From: Blastocatellia bacterium
GTDB taxonomy: Bacteria; Acidobacteriota; Blastocatellia; UBA7656
NCBI GenBank assembly: GCA_035607285.1
Contig: DATNBZ010000164.1
Location: 28,142 to 92,141 of the forward strand
Length of the DNA stretch: 64,000 bases
Direction of reading: 5' to 3'
Each line of letters opens with the position of its first letter. The stretch's first letter is position 1. Positions 55,045 to 64,000 of the stretch are shown in pieces. Position numbers and translations under genes: made by a program. Under the pieces are notes generated by a model. It saw only the letters and a list, made by a program, of their open reading frames with translations. It had not been told where the DNA came from and made no database searches.

Positions 55045-55259
55045 ATGTACTGCGCCGTGGCGATGCGTCATCCTCGAGAACAGATCAGGCAAGTGGCTGA
55101 TTGGGATGAAAAGCCAAAGCGCCGCCCGATTAGACCCGTAATTCGACAACAACAGCGGCGGCGCACTCCAAAGCGCGCCACGTCGAACCCTACATTGCCG
55201 CGTCGGATCGAGTCCAGTATCATCAGGCATCTGATCTCTGGGATCCCAGGAGGATAACC

Positions 55260-55904
55260 ATGAAAAACACTATCGCAGTTCTGGTATGCATCATCTTTCT
55301 CTCGGCGCTCGCTCAGGGGGTCACGCCTCCGGGTCCGAGCGATGGAAAGCTTACGCCGGAAGAAAGAGCCAAAGCCATCAAGATGCTGGTGGACTCGCAG
55401 AACGAGTTTCTCTCTTATGTCGAGAAGCTCAGCGACGAGCAGTGGAATTTCCGCCCCGCGCCTTTCAAGTGGACGGTAGGTGAAACGGCCGAGCACATCG
55501 CGCTCGCCGAAGGGCTGCTGTTCAGCGCAGTCGAGCGCGCCCTCGCAACTCCGGTCAACCCGGATTGGGAGACGAAGTCCGCCGGCAAAGAGTCTCTTCT
55601 TGATAACCTTCTCGCCGCGCGCAAGGGCAAGGCGAACGCTCCCGAACCGATTCAACCTTTCAAGCGAAAGATGACGCGCGCCGAGATCATGACGATGTTC
55701 AAAGAGGGCCGCGCCAAATCGCTCAAGTTCGCCGAGCAAACCGATCTCCCATTGAAGGCTCACACGTTCGATCACCCGTTCCCGGTCTTCGGAACTTTGA
55801 ACGCTTATCAATGGCTGCTCTACATTCCGGCTCACAATCTCAGGCACGATAAACAAATCGCAGAGATCATGAGCAATCCGGCTTTCCCCGCGTTTTCTAG
55901 ATAG
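55260..55904 (+). CDS. DinB-family (four-helix-bundle metal-dependent) protein with a signal peptide.
   Basis: WTVGETAEHIALAEG ... LLYIPAHNLRHDKQIAEIM is a His-rich DinB_2-like pattern. Confidence 0.65.
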   Translation: MKNTIAVLVCIIFLSALAQGVTPPGPSDGKLTPEERAKAIKMLVDSQNEFLSYVEKLSDEQWNFRPAPFKWTVGETAEHIALAEGLLFSAVERALATPVNPDWETKSAGKESLLDNLLAARKGKANAPEPIQPFKRKMTRAEIMTMFKEGRAKSLKFAEQTDLPLKAHTFDHPFPVFGTLNAYQWLLYIPAHNLRHDKQIAEIMSNPAFPAFSR

Positions 55905-55916
55905 TTTGTAGCGAAT

Positions 55917-56603
55917 ATGACTGAAGAGCTTCGAGTCGATATCAACGAGTATCAGCGCGTGACGGCGCTGATCTATCCGGCCAAGCCAAAGAGCCGCGCG
56001 GGAATCAATCTAATTCTCGGGCACGGCGCGGGAGCCGGCCAGTTGAGCGGGTTTATGGTGAGCTTCGCTACGGAGCTTGCCGCGCGCGGGATCGACGCGG
56101 TCACCTTCAACTTTTCCTACACCGAAAATGGACGGCACATTCCTGATAAGAACGACAAGCTTGAAGCTTGCTACCTGTCGGTGATTGAAACGGTTCGCAA
56201 GCATAAGAAACTCGGGCGAAACAAACTGGCGATAGGCGGCAAGTCAATGGGAGGGCGAATCGCTTCACAGGTTGCGGCTTCCGGGATCGAAGGAGTGAGT
56301 GATCTCGCGGGCCTGGTCTTTCTTGGTTATCCGCTGCATCCACCAGGCAACCTCGAAAAGATGAGGTCCAAGCACTTGCCGGACATAAAAGCGCCGATGT
56401 TGTTCGTACAGGGCTCGCGCGATTCGTTCGGAACACCTGACGAGTTGAAGCCCATACTGAAGAAGCTGAAGACACCGGCGGAGCTTTACGCAGTCGAGGG
56501 CGGAGATCACTCATTCAAAGTTCCAAAGAGTGCGGGTGTCACTCAAGAGGAAGTGTACCGAGCGGTGCTGGACAAAGTCGCCACCTGGTTGAAGCAGAAA
56601 TGA
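55917..56603 (+). CDS. Alpha/beta-hydrolase fold protein (dienelactone-hydrolase-like).
   Basis: ILGHGAGAGQ, the nucleophile elbow GGKSMGGRIASQ, and downstream Asp/His (SRDSFG ... GGDHSF). Confidence 0.75.
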   Translation: MTEELRVDINEYQRVTALIYPAKPKSRAGINLILGHGAGAGQLSGFMVSFATELAARGIDAVTFNFSYTENGRHIPDKNDKLEACYLSVIETVRKHKKLGRNKLAIGGKSMGGRIASQVAASGIEGVSDLAGLVFLGYPLHPPGNLEKMRSKHLPDIKAPMLFVQGSRDSFGTPDELKPILKKLKTPAELYAVEGGDHSFKVPKSAGVTQEEVYRAVLDKVATWLKQK

Positions 56604-56682
56604 ACAGAGATGGACAAGATGAACAGGATTAACCAATTGAGATGTTCATCCTGTTCATCCTGTCTATACCTTTTCGGCTCGC

Positions 56683-57171
56683 CTATTTCGCGCCGATGAA
56701 CTGCTTGACCTGAGGATAAGTCTCATCAGCGGCGTTTGCGATCTGGGTCACAAGGTATTTCAATTCCTCGCCGTCCAGTAGTCTCAAGTGCGTATCCATT
56801 CGCAAGTAGGCCATGTCTTCGGAGAGCGCCAACTTGATCGAATCAAATTTATGATTGAGTTCAAGAAGCTTTGTCAAAAGGGCGGGCTGAAGCTTCAGGT
56901 CCTTGCGATCCGCGATCTTTACCATCACCAGCAGGATGTCGTCGGCAAGCGCGAGCCTGATCCCAAACTCCTTGAGGTTCTTGCCGGTGCCCGGTATCTC
57001 CCAAACACCATCGCTTACCTTGGTGTAGGTATAACCAGACTTCTCGAGTAGCGCGACGATCTCTGGAACGCCCTTCGTTTTGGTCTGAGCTCGACCGGAA
57101 CCGAGCACCGGAGTGGTTAGAAGAACGAGTGCGACTATTGATGTGATCATCACTAGTTTAGATTTTGGCAA
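56683..57171 (-). CDS. YbjN-domain (putative sensory transduction regulator-like) protein with a signal peptide.
   Basis: YTKVSDGVWEIP...LADDILLVMVKIA...LLELNHKFDSIKLAL.EDMAYLRMD..LRLLDGEELKYLV matches the YbjN-family pattern. Confidence 0.55.
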   Translation of the reverse strand: MPKSKLVMITSIVALVLLTTPVLGSGRAQTKTKGVPEIVALLEKSGYTYTKVSDGVWEIPGTGKNLKEFGIRLALADDILLVMVKIADRKDLKLQPALLTKLLELNHKFDSIKLALSEDMAYLRMDTHLRLLDGEELKYLVTQIANAADETYPQVKQFIGAK

Positions 57172-57235
57172 GTCTTCCTCCTGATGACATGTTGTTCATT
57201 GATTCTATGGCGCGGCGCGTAATCATATCATACGA

Positions 57236-57333
57236 CCCTGTATGGGCGGCCCTCCGTGGCCGTCCCTCGCCCGTTATCCGGAGCATACACAATTACGAAA
57301 GAGGGGCGGCCACGGAGGGCCGCCCATACAGGT
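57236..57333. repeat. Family-B palindromic repeat element, copy B3.
   Basis: ccctgtatgggcggccctccgtggccgtccctcgcc ... gaggggcggccacggagggccgcccatacaggtg. Confidence 0.85.
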
Positions 57334-57336
57334 GAA

Positions 57337-57460
57337 CGTGACGCGCAGGTGAACGTGACGCGCAGGTGAACGTGACGCGCCGGTGAGCGTGACGCGCCGG
57401 TGGAACGTGACGCGCCGGTGAACTTGACGCGCCGGTGAACGTGACGCACCGCTGGAAACC
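57337..57460. repeat. Tandem array of about 7 copies of a 17-18 bp unit (GGTGAACGTGACGCGC[A/C]).
   Basis: caggtgaacgtgacgcgcaggtgaacgtgacgcgcaggtgaacgtgacgcgccggtgagcgtgacgcgccggtggaacgtgacgcgccggtgaacttgacgcgccggtgaacgtgacgc. Confidence 0.9.
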
Positions 57461-57463
57461 GGG

Positions 57464-58441
57464 CTACCAATGTAAGACGATCTTGCCGACGGCTTTGCGC
57501 GACGCCAGAAACTCCATTGCGTCGGCCACCTTTTCCATGTGGAAGCGGCCGCCGATCACCGGCTTCAACTTTCTCGATTGATAAAGCTCCATCAGCTCGT
57601 TCCAACCCTGCTCGATCTTCGCCGGATTGTTGTGCCGATATGCTCCCCAGTGAAGACCAACCACGCTGTAGTTCTTCACCAGAATATGATTCGCGACAAA
57701 GTTCGAGAACTTGCCGCTGGTAAATCCGATGATCACCAGCCGGCCTTCGAAGGCGATGCACTTCGTGCTGCGTTCGCCGATTTCTCCGCCCACCGGATCG
57801 TAGATCACATCGGCGCCGCGTCCATTAGTCTCGCGTTTGACGACTTCCACGAAGTCTTCGGTTTGGTAGTTCAAGGCGATGTCCGCGCCGTTCTCGCGAA
57901 CCACCGCGAGCTTGTCATCTGAACCCACAGTGCCGATGACCTTCCCGGCTCCAAGCGCGCGAGCGATCTGAACCGCCGCGAGTCCGACTCCGCCGGCGGC
58001 CGAGTGCACGAGGACGGTCTCCCCTTTTTCCATCGCGCCTCTGTACGCCAGTCCGAAATAAGAAGTCTGATATACGAGCGGGAACGCGGCGCCTTCATCA
58101 TCGCTCATCGAATCCGGCGCCGGATGCGCGTAAGACTCTTCGGCGATCGCGTATTCGGCGAAGCCGCCGACCGGCACTTGCGCGATAACGCGCTGTCCCT
58201 CGCGGAACTTTGTGACGGCGGGGCCGAGCTTTTCAACTGTCCCTGCGACTTCAAATCCCGGTGAGAACGGCAACGCCGGCTTGAATTGATACTTGCCGGT
58301 AATGATCAGCAGATCAGGGAAGTTCAGACCCGCGGCGTTGACTCGCAACAGGATCTGGCCGTCTCCCGGTTCTGGCTGTTCGATCTCATCGATAGCCAGG
58401 TCACGCGGGCCGCACCACTCGTGCGCGCGAATCGCTTTCAT
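57464..58441 (-). CDS. NADPH:quinone oxidoreductase / zinc-type alcohol dehydrogenase-like (MDR superfamily).
   Basis: LLRVNAAGLNFPDLLIITGKY and the Rossmann GAAGGVGLAAVQIARALGA. Confidence 0.88.
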   Translation of the reverse strand: MKAIRAHEWCGPRDLAIDEIEQPEPGDGQILLRVNAAGLNFPDLLIITGKYQFKPALPFSPGFEVAGTVEKLGPAVTKFREGQRVIAQVPVGGFAEYAIAEESYAHPAPDSMSDDEGAAFPLVYQTSYFGLAYRGAMEKGETVLVHSAAGGVGLAAVQIARALGAGKVIGTVGSDDKLAVVRENGADIALNYQTEDFVEVVKRETNGRGADVIYDPVGGEIGERSTKCIAFEGRLVIIGFTSGKFSNFVANHILVKNYSVVGLHWGAYRHNNPAKIEQGWNELMELYQSRKLKPVIGGRFHMEKVADAMEFLASRKAVGKIVLHW

Positions 58442-58517
58442 TCACAATCTCCTTCGCAGGCTTAGACATATGCAGCGCGGGTCATATTAACGAAGCCGGC
58501 GAGTGCGGTCAAAGAAC

Positions 58518-58620
58518 CCTCTGCGTCTTTGCGGGACTTTGCGTCTTTGCGCGAAACGTATCCTCCGAATTCTAAAACCGGTTTCGCGCAAAGACGCAAA
58601 GCCCCGCAAAGACGCAGAGA
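58518..58620. repeat. Family-A-related palindromic repeat (variant copy A6 sharing the ctttgcg heptad core).
   Basis: ctctgcgtctttgcgggactttgcgtctttgcgcgaaac ... gtttcgcgcaaagacgcaaagccccgcaaagacgcagag. Confidence 0.75.
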
Positions 58621-58848
58621 AGACAACCGCAAACTTACCCTCATTGAAACTACATCCGTCGTTTTGTTAGTCTTCCCGATGTGAGATGCTTTCCCCCGAG
58701 CAGGCGTAGGGCAACGTCGATTAGCGACCCATGTTTTCTGCCCGCTTTGTGAACCTGCCGAGGCTGTATTCCGGGACGTTGCTTCAATCCTGCGACAGTT
58801 TGAGTGAACGTGCCAGGCAACCAACAGATTAAATTACGTGGTCCGATC

Positions 58849-61800
58849 ATGCGCTACGGCGGCGCAGTCGTGGCCGTTGCACTTGCGACGGCGTTGCGCC
58901 TGCTGCTTAGCAGCGCGTTAGGGTCGAGGCTTCCGTTTACGATCTATTTCGTTGTGGTAATGCTCGTGGCCTGCTTCGCCGGTTTAGGTCCCGCCCTTCT
59001 CAGCATTGCTCTTGGAGCGGCTCTCGGTGCGTACCTGTTCGTCGCTCCGACAAATGCATTCGGGATCGCCGACACATCGGGCATCCTCCAGGTGGCGGTT
59101 TTCTGCGGCCTCACCTTAGGCCTCTCGATCCTCATCAAGGTAATTCAGGACGCTCGGAAACGCGCCGAGCAAAACGCGTCCGCGCTGGCAGCCAACCGCA
59201 AGCAGTTGGCGACGATTCTCGCGAGCATCAACGATGCTGTTATTGCTACGGACACCGACGGTTGCGTGACTTTCATAAACGGCGTTGCGCAATCATTAAC
59301 CGGTTGGAATTCAAGTGACGCCTCGGGCAAGCCGGTTCACGAACTCTTCAGAATACTCGACGAAACCAGTCACACGCCGGTTGAAGACGTCGTGAAGAGG
59401 GTTATCGACAATGAGGCCCGGAGCAGGCAGTCGCACCGCGGCGTGTTGGTCGGGAAGAGCGGAATCGAAACTCCAATCGAGGACAGCAGCTCCCCGATCA
59501 AGGATGAAGACGGAGCGAGCGTCGGCGCCTTGCTGGTGTTCCGCGACATTACTCAACGAAAGCTCGCCGAGCAAGCTCTGCGAGAGAGTGAAGCGCGCTT
59601 TCGCACCATCGCAAACACCGCGCCGGTGATGATGTGGCTTTCGGATTCCGAGGGGAAGCGGACCTTTTTCAATCAGCAGTGGCTCGACTTCACCGGACGA
59701 ACGCTCGAGCAGGAGCTGGGACTGGGCTGGATCGACAGCGTTCATCCGGATGACCTGCAGCGCCTGCTCGATAGATACACCTCGTCGTTGAAGGCTCGTG
59801 AGAGCTTCAGGGTCGAATACCGGTTGAGACGTTTCGACGACCAGTATCGATGGGTGCTGGTCTCAAGCGCTCCCCGGACGACCGACGGCGGCGAGTTCAT
59901 TGGCCTTGCCGGCTCGGTGATTGATATCACCGATAGCAAAAGCGCCGCGGAGGCTTCGTACTTCCTGGCCTCGATCGTCGAATCCTCGGAGGACGCGATA
60001 ATCGGCAAGACTCTAAACGGAGTGATCCTGAGCTGGAATGCCGCCGCGGAGCGCATCTACGGTTATTCGGCGGACGAAGTCAAGGGACAGAACATTGACA
60101 TTCTCGTTCCGCCCGATCTCAAAGACGAACTGGCGCGGATGTATCAGGTCCTGAAGGGTGGACAATCTATACCTCACGTTGAAACCTTGCGCATTCGAAA
60201 AGACGGAGTGTTGATTGACGTCGCCCTGACGCTTTCCCCGATGAGGGACGACAGCGGGCGCCTGACCGGAGTCTCGGCGATCGAGCGAGACATTACCGGT
60301 CGCAAACGCGCCGAACAGGAACGGGAGACGTTGGCGGCGCAGATCGAAAGCGAACGCCTGCGACAGAACAACCTGGTAGCAAACGTCCCGGGCGTTGTCT
60401 GGGAGGCGTGGGGCAAGCCGGATGAAGGCGAGCAGCGAATCGACTTCGTCAGCGAACACGTCGAGAAGATGCTGGGCTACGGTGTGGAGCAGTGGCTTTC
60501 AACTCCAAATTTCTGGCTGACAATTGTCCACCCGGACGACAAGGAACGCGCGGCGCAGGAAGCCGCGGCCATCTTCGCCTCTCGCAAGGGGGGCATCAGC
60601 AGATTTCGATGGCTTGCAAGCGACGGGCGCGTAGTCTGGGTAGAGTCGCAGTCAGTCGTAGTTTGCGACGACCACGAAACGCCTATCGGAATGCGCGGCG
60701 TTACGATGGACATCACCGAACGCAAACGAGCCGAAGACTCGCAGCGCTTTCTGGCCGAAGCAAGCGGCCTGCTTGCAACTTCACTCGATTACGAAACGAC
60801 GCTGGCCAGCGTAGCCAGGCTCGCAGTTCCGATGCTCGCCGATTGGTGCACGGTTTACATCATGGAAGAGTCTACCGGCGGACTTCGCCAGGTTGCGATC
60901 GCGCATTCAGATCCGGCTAAGGTAAAAGCAGCCCAGGAGCTCTCGAGGCGTTTTCCACCGGATCCCGATTCACCGATCGGAGTGCCCAATGTCATGCGAA
61001 CCGGACGTCCGGAGTTTTATCCTCACATCGATCAGCAAAGGCTGGAGCTCGCGGCTCAGAGTCCTGAGCTCGCCGAGATTCTTCGGCGAGAGGGTTTGCG
61101 CTCCGGCATGATAGTGCCCCTGGTCGCGCGCAACCGAACGCTCGGCACTATCACCCTGCTGACCGCGGAATCGGGTCGCGTCTACGATCGCATCGATCTC
61201 GCGCTGGCTGAAGACCTGGCTCATCGCATCGCGCTTGCGGTCGATAATGCCCGGCTCTATCGCGAGGCCCAGGCGGCGTTGATAGCTCGCGAAGATGCGC
61301 TCGGGCTGCGCGACGAATTGCTCGAGCGGGAACACGCGGCGCGGCAGGAGGCTGAAACCGCAAACCGCGCCAAAGATGAATTCCTCGCTACGGTGTCGCA
61401 CGAGCTGCGCACTCCGCTGAACGCGATTCTCGGGTGGGCTCACATGCTGCGCGCCAACCAGCTCGATCAGGTAACTCAATCCCGCGCGCTCGAGACGATT
61501 GAACGCAACGCGAAGTCTCAGGCTCAACTGATCGAGGACATTCTCGACGTCTCGCGCATCGTGACCGGCAAGTTAAGACTCGACGTCCGTCCGGTTGAGC
61601 TCGCGCCGGTCGTGGAAGCCGCGATCGATTCCGTCAGGCCCGCCGCGGACGCCAAAGACATTCGAATCGAAGCCATCCTCGACCCGCGCGCGGGACCCGT
61701 CTCGGGTGACGCAAATCGCCTACAGCAAATCGTCTGGAACCTTGTTTCCAACGCGGTGAAGTTCACCGGTAAAGGCGGACGCGTTCAGGTCCGGATCGAG

Positions 61801-62526
61801 CGGGTCAAATCGCGGGTCGAAATCATCGTCGGCGATACGGGTCAGGGCATCACAAGCGATTTCATCCCCTACGTCTTTGACCGGTTTCGACAGGCCGACG
61901 CCACCAGCACACGCCGATACGGCGGGCTCGGTCTGGGATTAGCGATCGTGAGACATCTTACAGAGATGCATGGCGGGGTCGTCACAGCGGCAAGCCCGGG
62001 AGAAGGCCTCGGTGCAACCTTCACCGTTAAATTGCCGGTGATCGCGGCGCTTGCCGACGAGCTGGCTTCCGACCGCGTGCATCCGGCTTCGGGAGGGAGC
62101 GTATCATCGCTGCCTCCGCCGAACCTCGACGGTGTGAAGGTCCTGGTGGTTGACGACGAACCCGACACACGCGAGATGCTGCGTGTGATGGTCGGCCAAT
62201 TCGGCGCGTCGGTGAAGACTTGCTCTTCAAGCGTCGAGGCGCTGAACGTGCTTAAGGACTGGGAGCCGGACGTGATTGTGAGCGACATTGAAATGCCGGA
62301 CGAGGACGGCTATGAGTTGATCAGAAAGGTGCGCCGCGATGAAGCCAGCAGCGGAGCACGGCTGATCCCGGCGGTTGCATTGACGGCTTATGCGAGAGTC
62401 GAGGATCGAATGCGCGCGCTGTCCGCCGGGTACCAGATGCACATAGCCAAGCCCGCTGAGCCCGCCGAGCTTGCCATCGTGATTGCCAGCCTGGCAGGCG
62501 GCGTCGGCCGCGGAACAAGTTCGTAG
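58849..62526 (+). CDS. Hybrid sensor histidine kinase/response regulator with an N-terminal 4-TM (DUF4118-like) domain, multiple PAS domains, a GAF domain, HisKA/HATPase_c, and a C-terminal receiver.
   Basis: The H-box VSHELRTPLNAILGW, N/G boxes (NLVSNAVKFT ... GDTGQGI ... GGLGLGLAIV), and a receiver VLVVDDEPD...D...KP. Repeated PAS signatures are present. The start MRYGG lies after the repeat-spanning part of the track ORF. Confidence 0.88.
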   Translation: MRYGGAVVAVALATALRLLLSSALGSRLPFTIYFVVVMLVACFAGLGPALLSIALGAALGAYLFVAPTNAFGIADTSGILQVAVFCGLTLGLSILIKVIQDARKRAEQNASALAANRKQLATILASINDAVIATDTDGCVTFINGVAQSLTGWNSSDASGKPVHELFRILDETSHTPVEDVVKRVIDNEARSRQSHRGVLVGKSGIETPIEDSSSPIKDEDGASVGALLVFRDITQRKLAEQALRESEARFRTIANTAPVMMWLSDSEGKRTFFNQQWLDFTGRTLEQELGLGWIDSVHPDDLQRLLDRYTSSLKARESFRVEYRLRRFDDQYRWVLVSSAPRTTDGGEFIGLAGSVIDITDSKSAAEASYFLASIVESSEDAIIGKTLNGVILSWNAAAERIYGYSADEVKGQNIDILVPPDLKDELARMYQVLKGGQSIPHVETLRIRKDGVLIDVALTLSPMRDDSGRLTGVSAIERDITGRKRAEQERETLAAQIESERLRQNNLVANVPGVVWEAWGKPDEGEQRIDFVSEHVEKMLGYGVEQWLSTPNFWLTIVHPDDKERAAQEAAAIFASRKGGISRFRWLASDGRVVWVESQSVVVCDDHETPIGMRGVTMDITERKRAEDSQRFLAEASGLLATSLDYETTLASVARLAVPMLADWCTVYIMEESTGGLRQVAIAHSDPAKVKAAQELSRRFPPDPDSPIGVPNVMRTGRPEFYPHIDQQRLELAAQSPELAEILRREGLRSGMIVPLVARNRTLGTITLLTAESGRVYDRIDLALAEDLAHRIALAVDNARLYREAQAALIAREDALGLRDELLEREHAARQEAETANRAKDEFLATVSHELRTPLNAILGWAHMLRANQLDQVTQSRALETIERNAKSQAQLIEDILDVSRIVTGKLRLDVRPVELAPVVEAAIDSVRPAADAKDIRIEAILDPRAGPVSGDANRLQQIVWNLVSNAVKFTGKGGRVQVRIERVKSRVEIIVGDTGQGITSDFIPYVFDRFRQADATSTRRYGGLGLGLAIVRHLTEMHGGVVTAASPGEGLGATFTVKLPVIAALADELASDRVHPASGGSVSSLPPPNLDGVKVLVVDDEPDTREMLRVMVGQFGASVKTCSSSVEALNVLKDWEPDVIVSDIEMPDEDGYELIRKVRRDEASSGARLIPAVALTAYARVEDRMRALSAGYQMHIAKPAEPAELAIVIASLAGGVGRGTSS

Positions 62527-62566
62527 GCATTTACTGGAGCAGTTACCGGCATTGAACATCATCAAA

Positions 62567-62662
62567 CAATAACAGGTAGGGAAGAGGGACTTGTCCCCGC
62601 CGTTTGGTTTGACGATGTCAGCGAGGGGCGGGGACAAGTCCCTCTTCCCTACCTGTTATTGT
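62567..62662. repeat. Long hairpin (about 38-bp arms) in the convergent intergenic region. It could serve as a bidirectional terminator.
   Basis: caataacaggtagggaagagggacttgtccccgcc ... ggcggggacaagtccctcttccctacctgttattg. Confidence 0.7.
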
Positions 62663-62700
62663 TTATTGACTTCCCGATCTGTGAATGGTGTGCCAATCGC

Positions 62701-64000
62701 TCAGCTTTTTGAACCTGCCAGTACTCCCGACGGGGGCGACACGTGAGCGCGCTTGAAACGATCGCGAAACCGATCCAGGTATAAGTAGATCACCGGCGTC
62801 GTGAATAACGTCAGCATCTGACTCAGCATCAAGCCGCCAACTATTGCGATGCCCAGCGGGCGCCTGAGCTCCGATCCCGTCCCGCCGCCCAGCGCAAGCG
62901 GAAGTCCTCCCAACAACGCCGCCATTGTAGTCATCATTATCGGGCGAAAGCGCAGGAGGCACGCTTCGTAGATTGCATCCTTCGGACTCTTGCCTTCCGA
63001 CCTCTCGGCCTCGAGCGCAAAGTCCACCATCATTATCCCGTTCTTTTTGACTATCCCTATCAACAACAGAATTCCTATCAGAGCGATGACCGTCAGTTCC
63101 GTCCGGCAAATAAGCAGAGCCAGCAACGCGCCGACGCCGGCCGAAGGCAGCGTGGACAAGATCGTAAACGGATGAACAAAACTCTCGTACAACACGCCCA
63201 GCACAATGTACACAGTCACCAGCGCAGCAAGGATCAGCAGCGGCTCGTTGGCGAGCGACGATTGGAACGCCTGGGCAGTGCCCTGGAACCCGGCTTGAAT
63301 AGTTGCGGGCAGGCCCAGTTCCCGCTCGGCCGCTTCTACTTCCTTCACCGCGTCCCCGAGAGATACGCCGGGAGCGAGATTGAACGAAATCGTGATCGCC
63401 GGAAACTGGCCCTGGTGGTTTACCGCAAGAGTCGTCGTGGATCGCTCGATGTGAGTGAACGCGCTGAGCGGCACCTGGCGCCCGTTCGCCGACCGCACAT
63501 AGATGTCTTTCAGCGTGTCGGGGTCCTGCCAGTACTGTGGGGCTACTTCCATAACGACGTGGTACTGATTCAAAGCCTTGTACATCGTCGAAACCGGTCT
63601 CTGTCCAAACGCATCGTACAAGGTTTCGTCGATCATCTGAGCGGTAATTCCAAGCCGGGAAGCAGTGTCGCGATCGATTGTAATGGAAGCCATCAGCCCG
63701 CGGTCCTGCTGATCTACGTTCACGTCGGTGAGCTGCGGCATGGTTCGAAGGCGCTCGAGCACTTTTGGCGCCCACCTGGTCAAATCGTCAAGGTTGTCGC
63801 CCTGCAGGGTGAACTGAAAGTTGGCGTTGCCAATCCGTCCGCCGATGTTGACGTCCTGGACCGGGCGCAGAAACGTGTTCGCGCCGACTTCTGTGGAGAG
63901 CTTGCCGCGCAGCCGATTGATCACCTGGTCCGCGCCGACCTTTCTTTCTGAAATAGGCTTGAGCGCAATGAACATTCGAGCCGTGTTGGTCGTCGAACCG
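62701..64000 (-). CDS. RND efflux transporter permease (AcrB/CzcA family), C-terminal portion. The N-terminus lies beyond the window.
   Basis: TM bundle LILAALVTVYIVLGVLYESFVHPFTILSTLPSAGVGALLALL and a conserved C-terminal RPIMMTTMAALLGGLPLALG. Confidence 0.9.
   Translation of the reverse strand, partial: GSTTNTARMFIALKPISERKVGADQVINRLRGKLSTEVGANTFLRPVQDVNIGGRIGNANFQFTLQGDNLDDLTRWAPKVLERLRTMPQLTDVNVDQQDRGLMASITIDRDTASRLGITAQMIDETLYDAFGQRPVSTMYKALNQYHVVMEVAPQYWQDPDTLKDIYVRSANGRQVPLSAFTHIERSTTTLAVNHQGQFPAITISFNLAPGVSLGDAVKEVEAAERELGLPATIQAGFQGTAQAFQSSLANEPLLILAALVTVYIVLGVLYESFVHPFTILSTLPSAGVGALLALLICRTELTVIALIGILLLIGIVKKNGIMMVDFALEAERSEGKSPKDAIYEACLLRFRPIMMTTMAALLGGLPLALGGGTGSELRRPLGIAIVGGLMLSQMLTLFTTPVIYLYLDRFRDRFKRAHVSPPSGVLAGSKS

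Overview
High-GC (~60%) bacterial chromosomal segment, probably Acidobacteriota-like, with a low-GC island at about 48.5-53.9 kb. The Acidobacteriota guess rests on three paralogous CarbopepD_reg/TonB-dependent-receptor-like giant outer-membrane proteins, an FG-GAP/beta-helix surface protein, and a Hanks kinase. The window includes the origin-proximal gyrB-recF pair. Other housekeeping or ordinary genes include pssA, murB, two S9 peptidases, an ECF sigma/anti-sigma/TBDR triad, an ABC-2 exporter, a quinone oxidoreductase, a 1240-aa PAS/GAF hybrid histidine kinase, and a partial RND pump. The most unusual locus is a four-gene minus-strand operon immediately downstream of gyrB (16.57-23.78 kb). 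It encodes a multi-TIR protein, a STAND NTPase with C-terminal WD40 repeats, a small stand-alone TIR protein, and a membrane protein with a cytoplasmic class-III cyclase-homology domain carrying non-canonical catalytic residues. This looks like an NLR-like TIR conflict or signalling system of an architecture I do not recognise as described. Intergenic regions carry at least two families of long palindromic repeat elements (family A 6 copies, family B 3 copies), several unique long hairpins, and a 17-bp tandem array. Two loci show an unusual signature in which the 3' end of a gene (110-200 bp) is duplicated directly after an inserted downstream gene. Many ORF-track entries are antisense or repeat-spanning artefacts and are not reported as genes.
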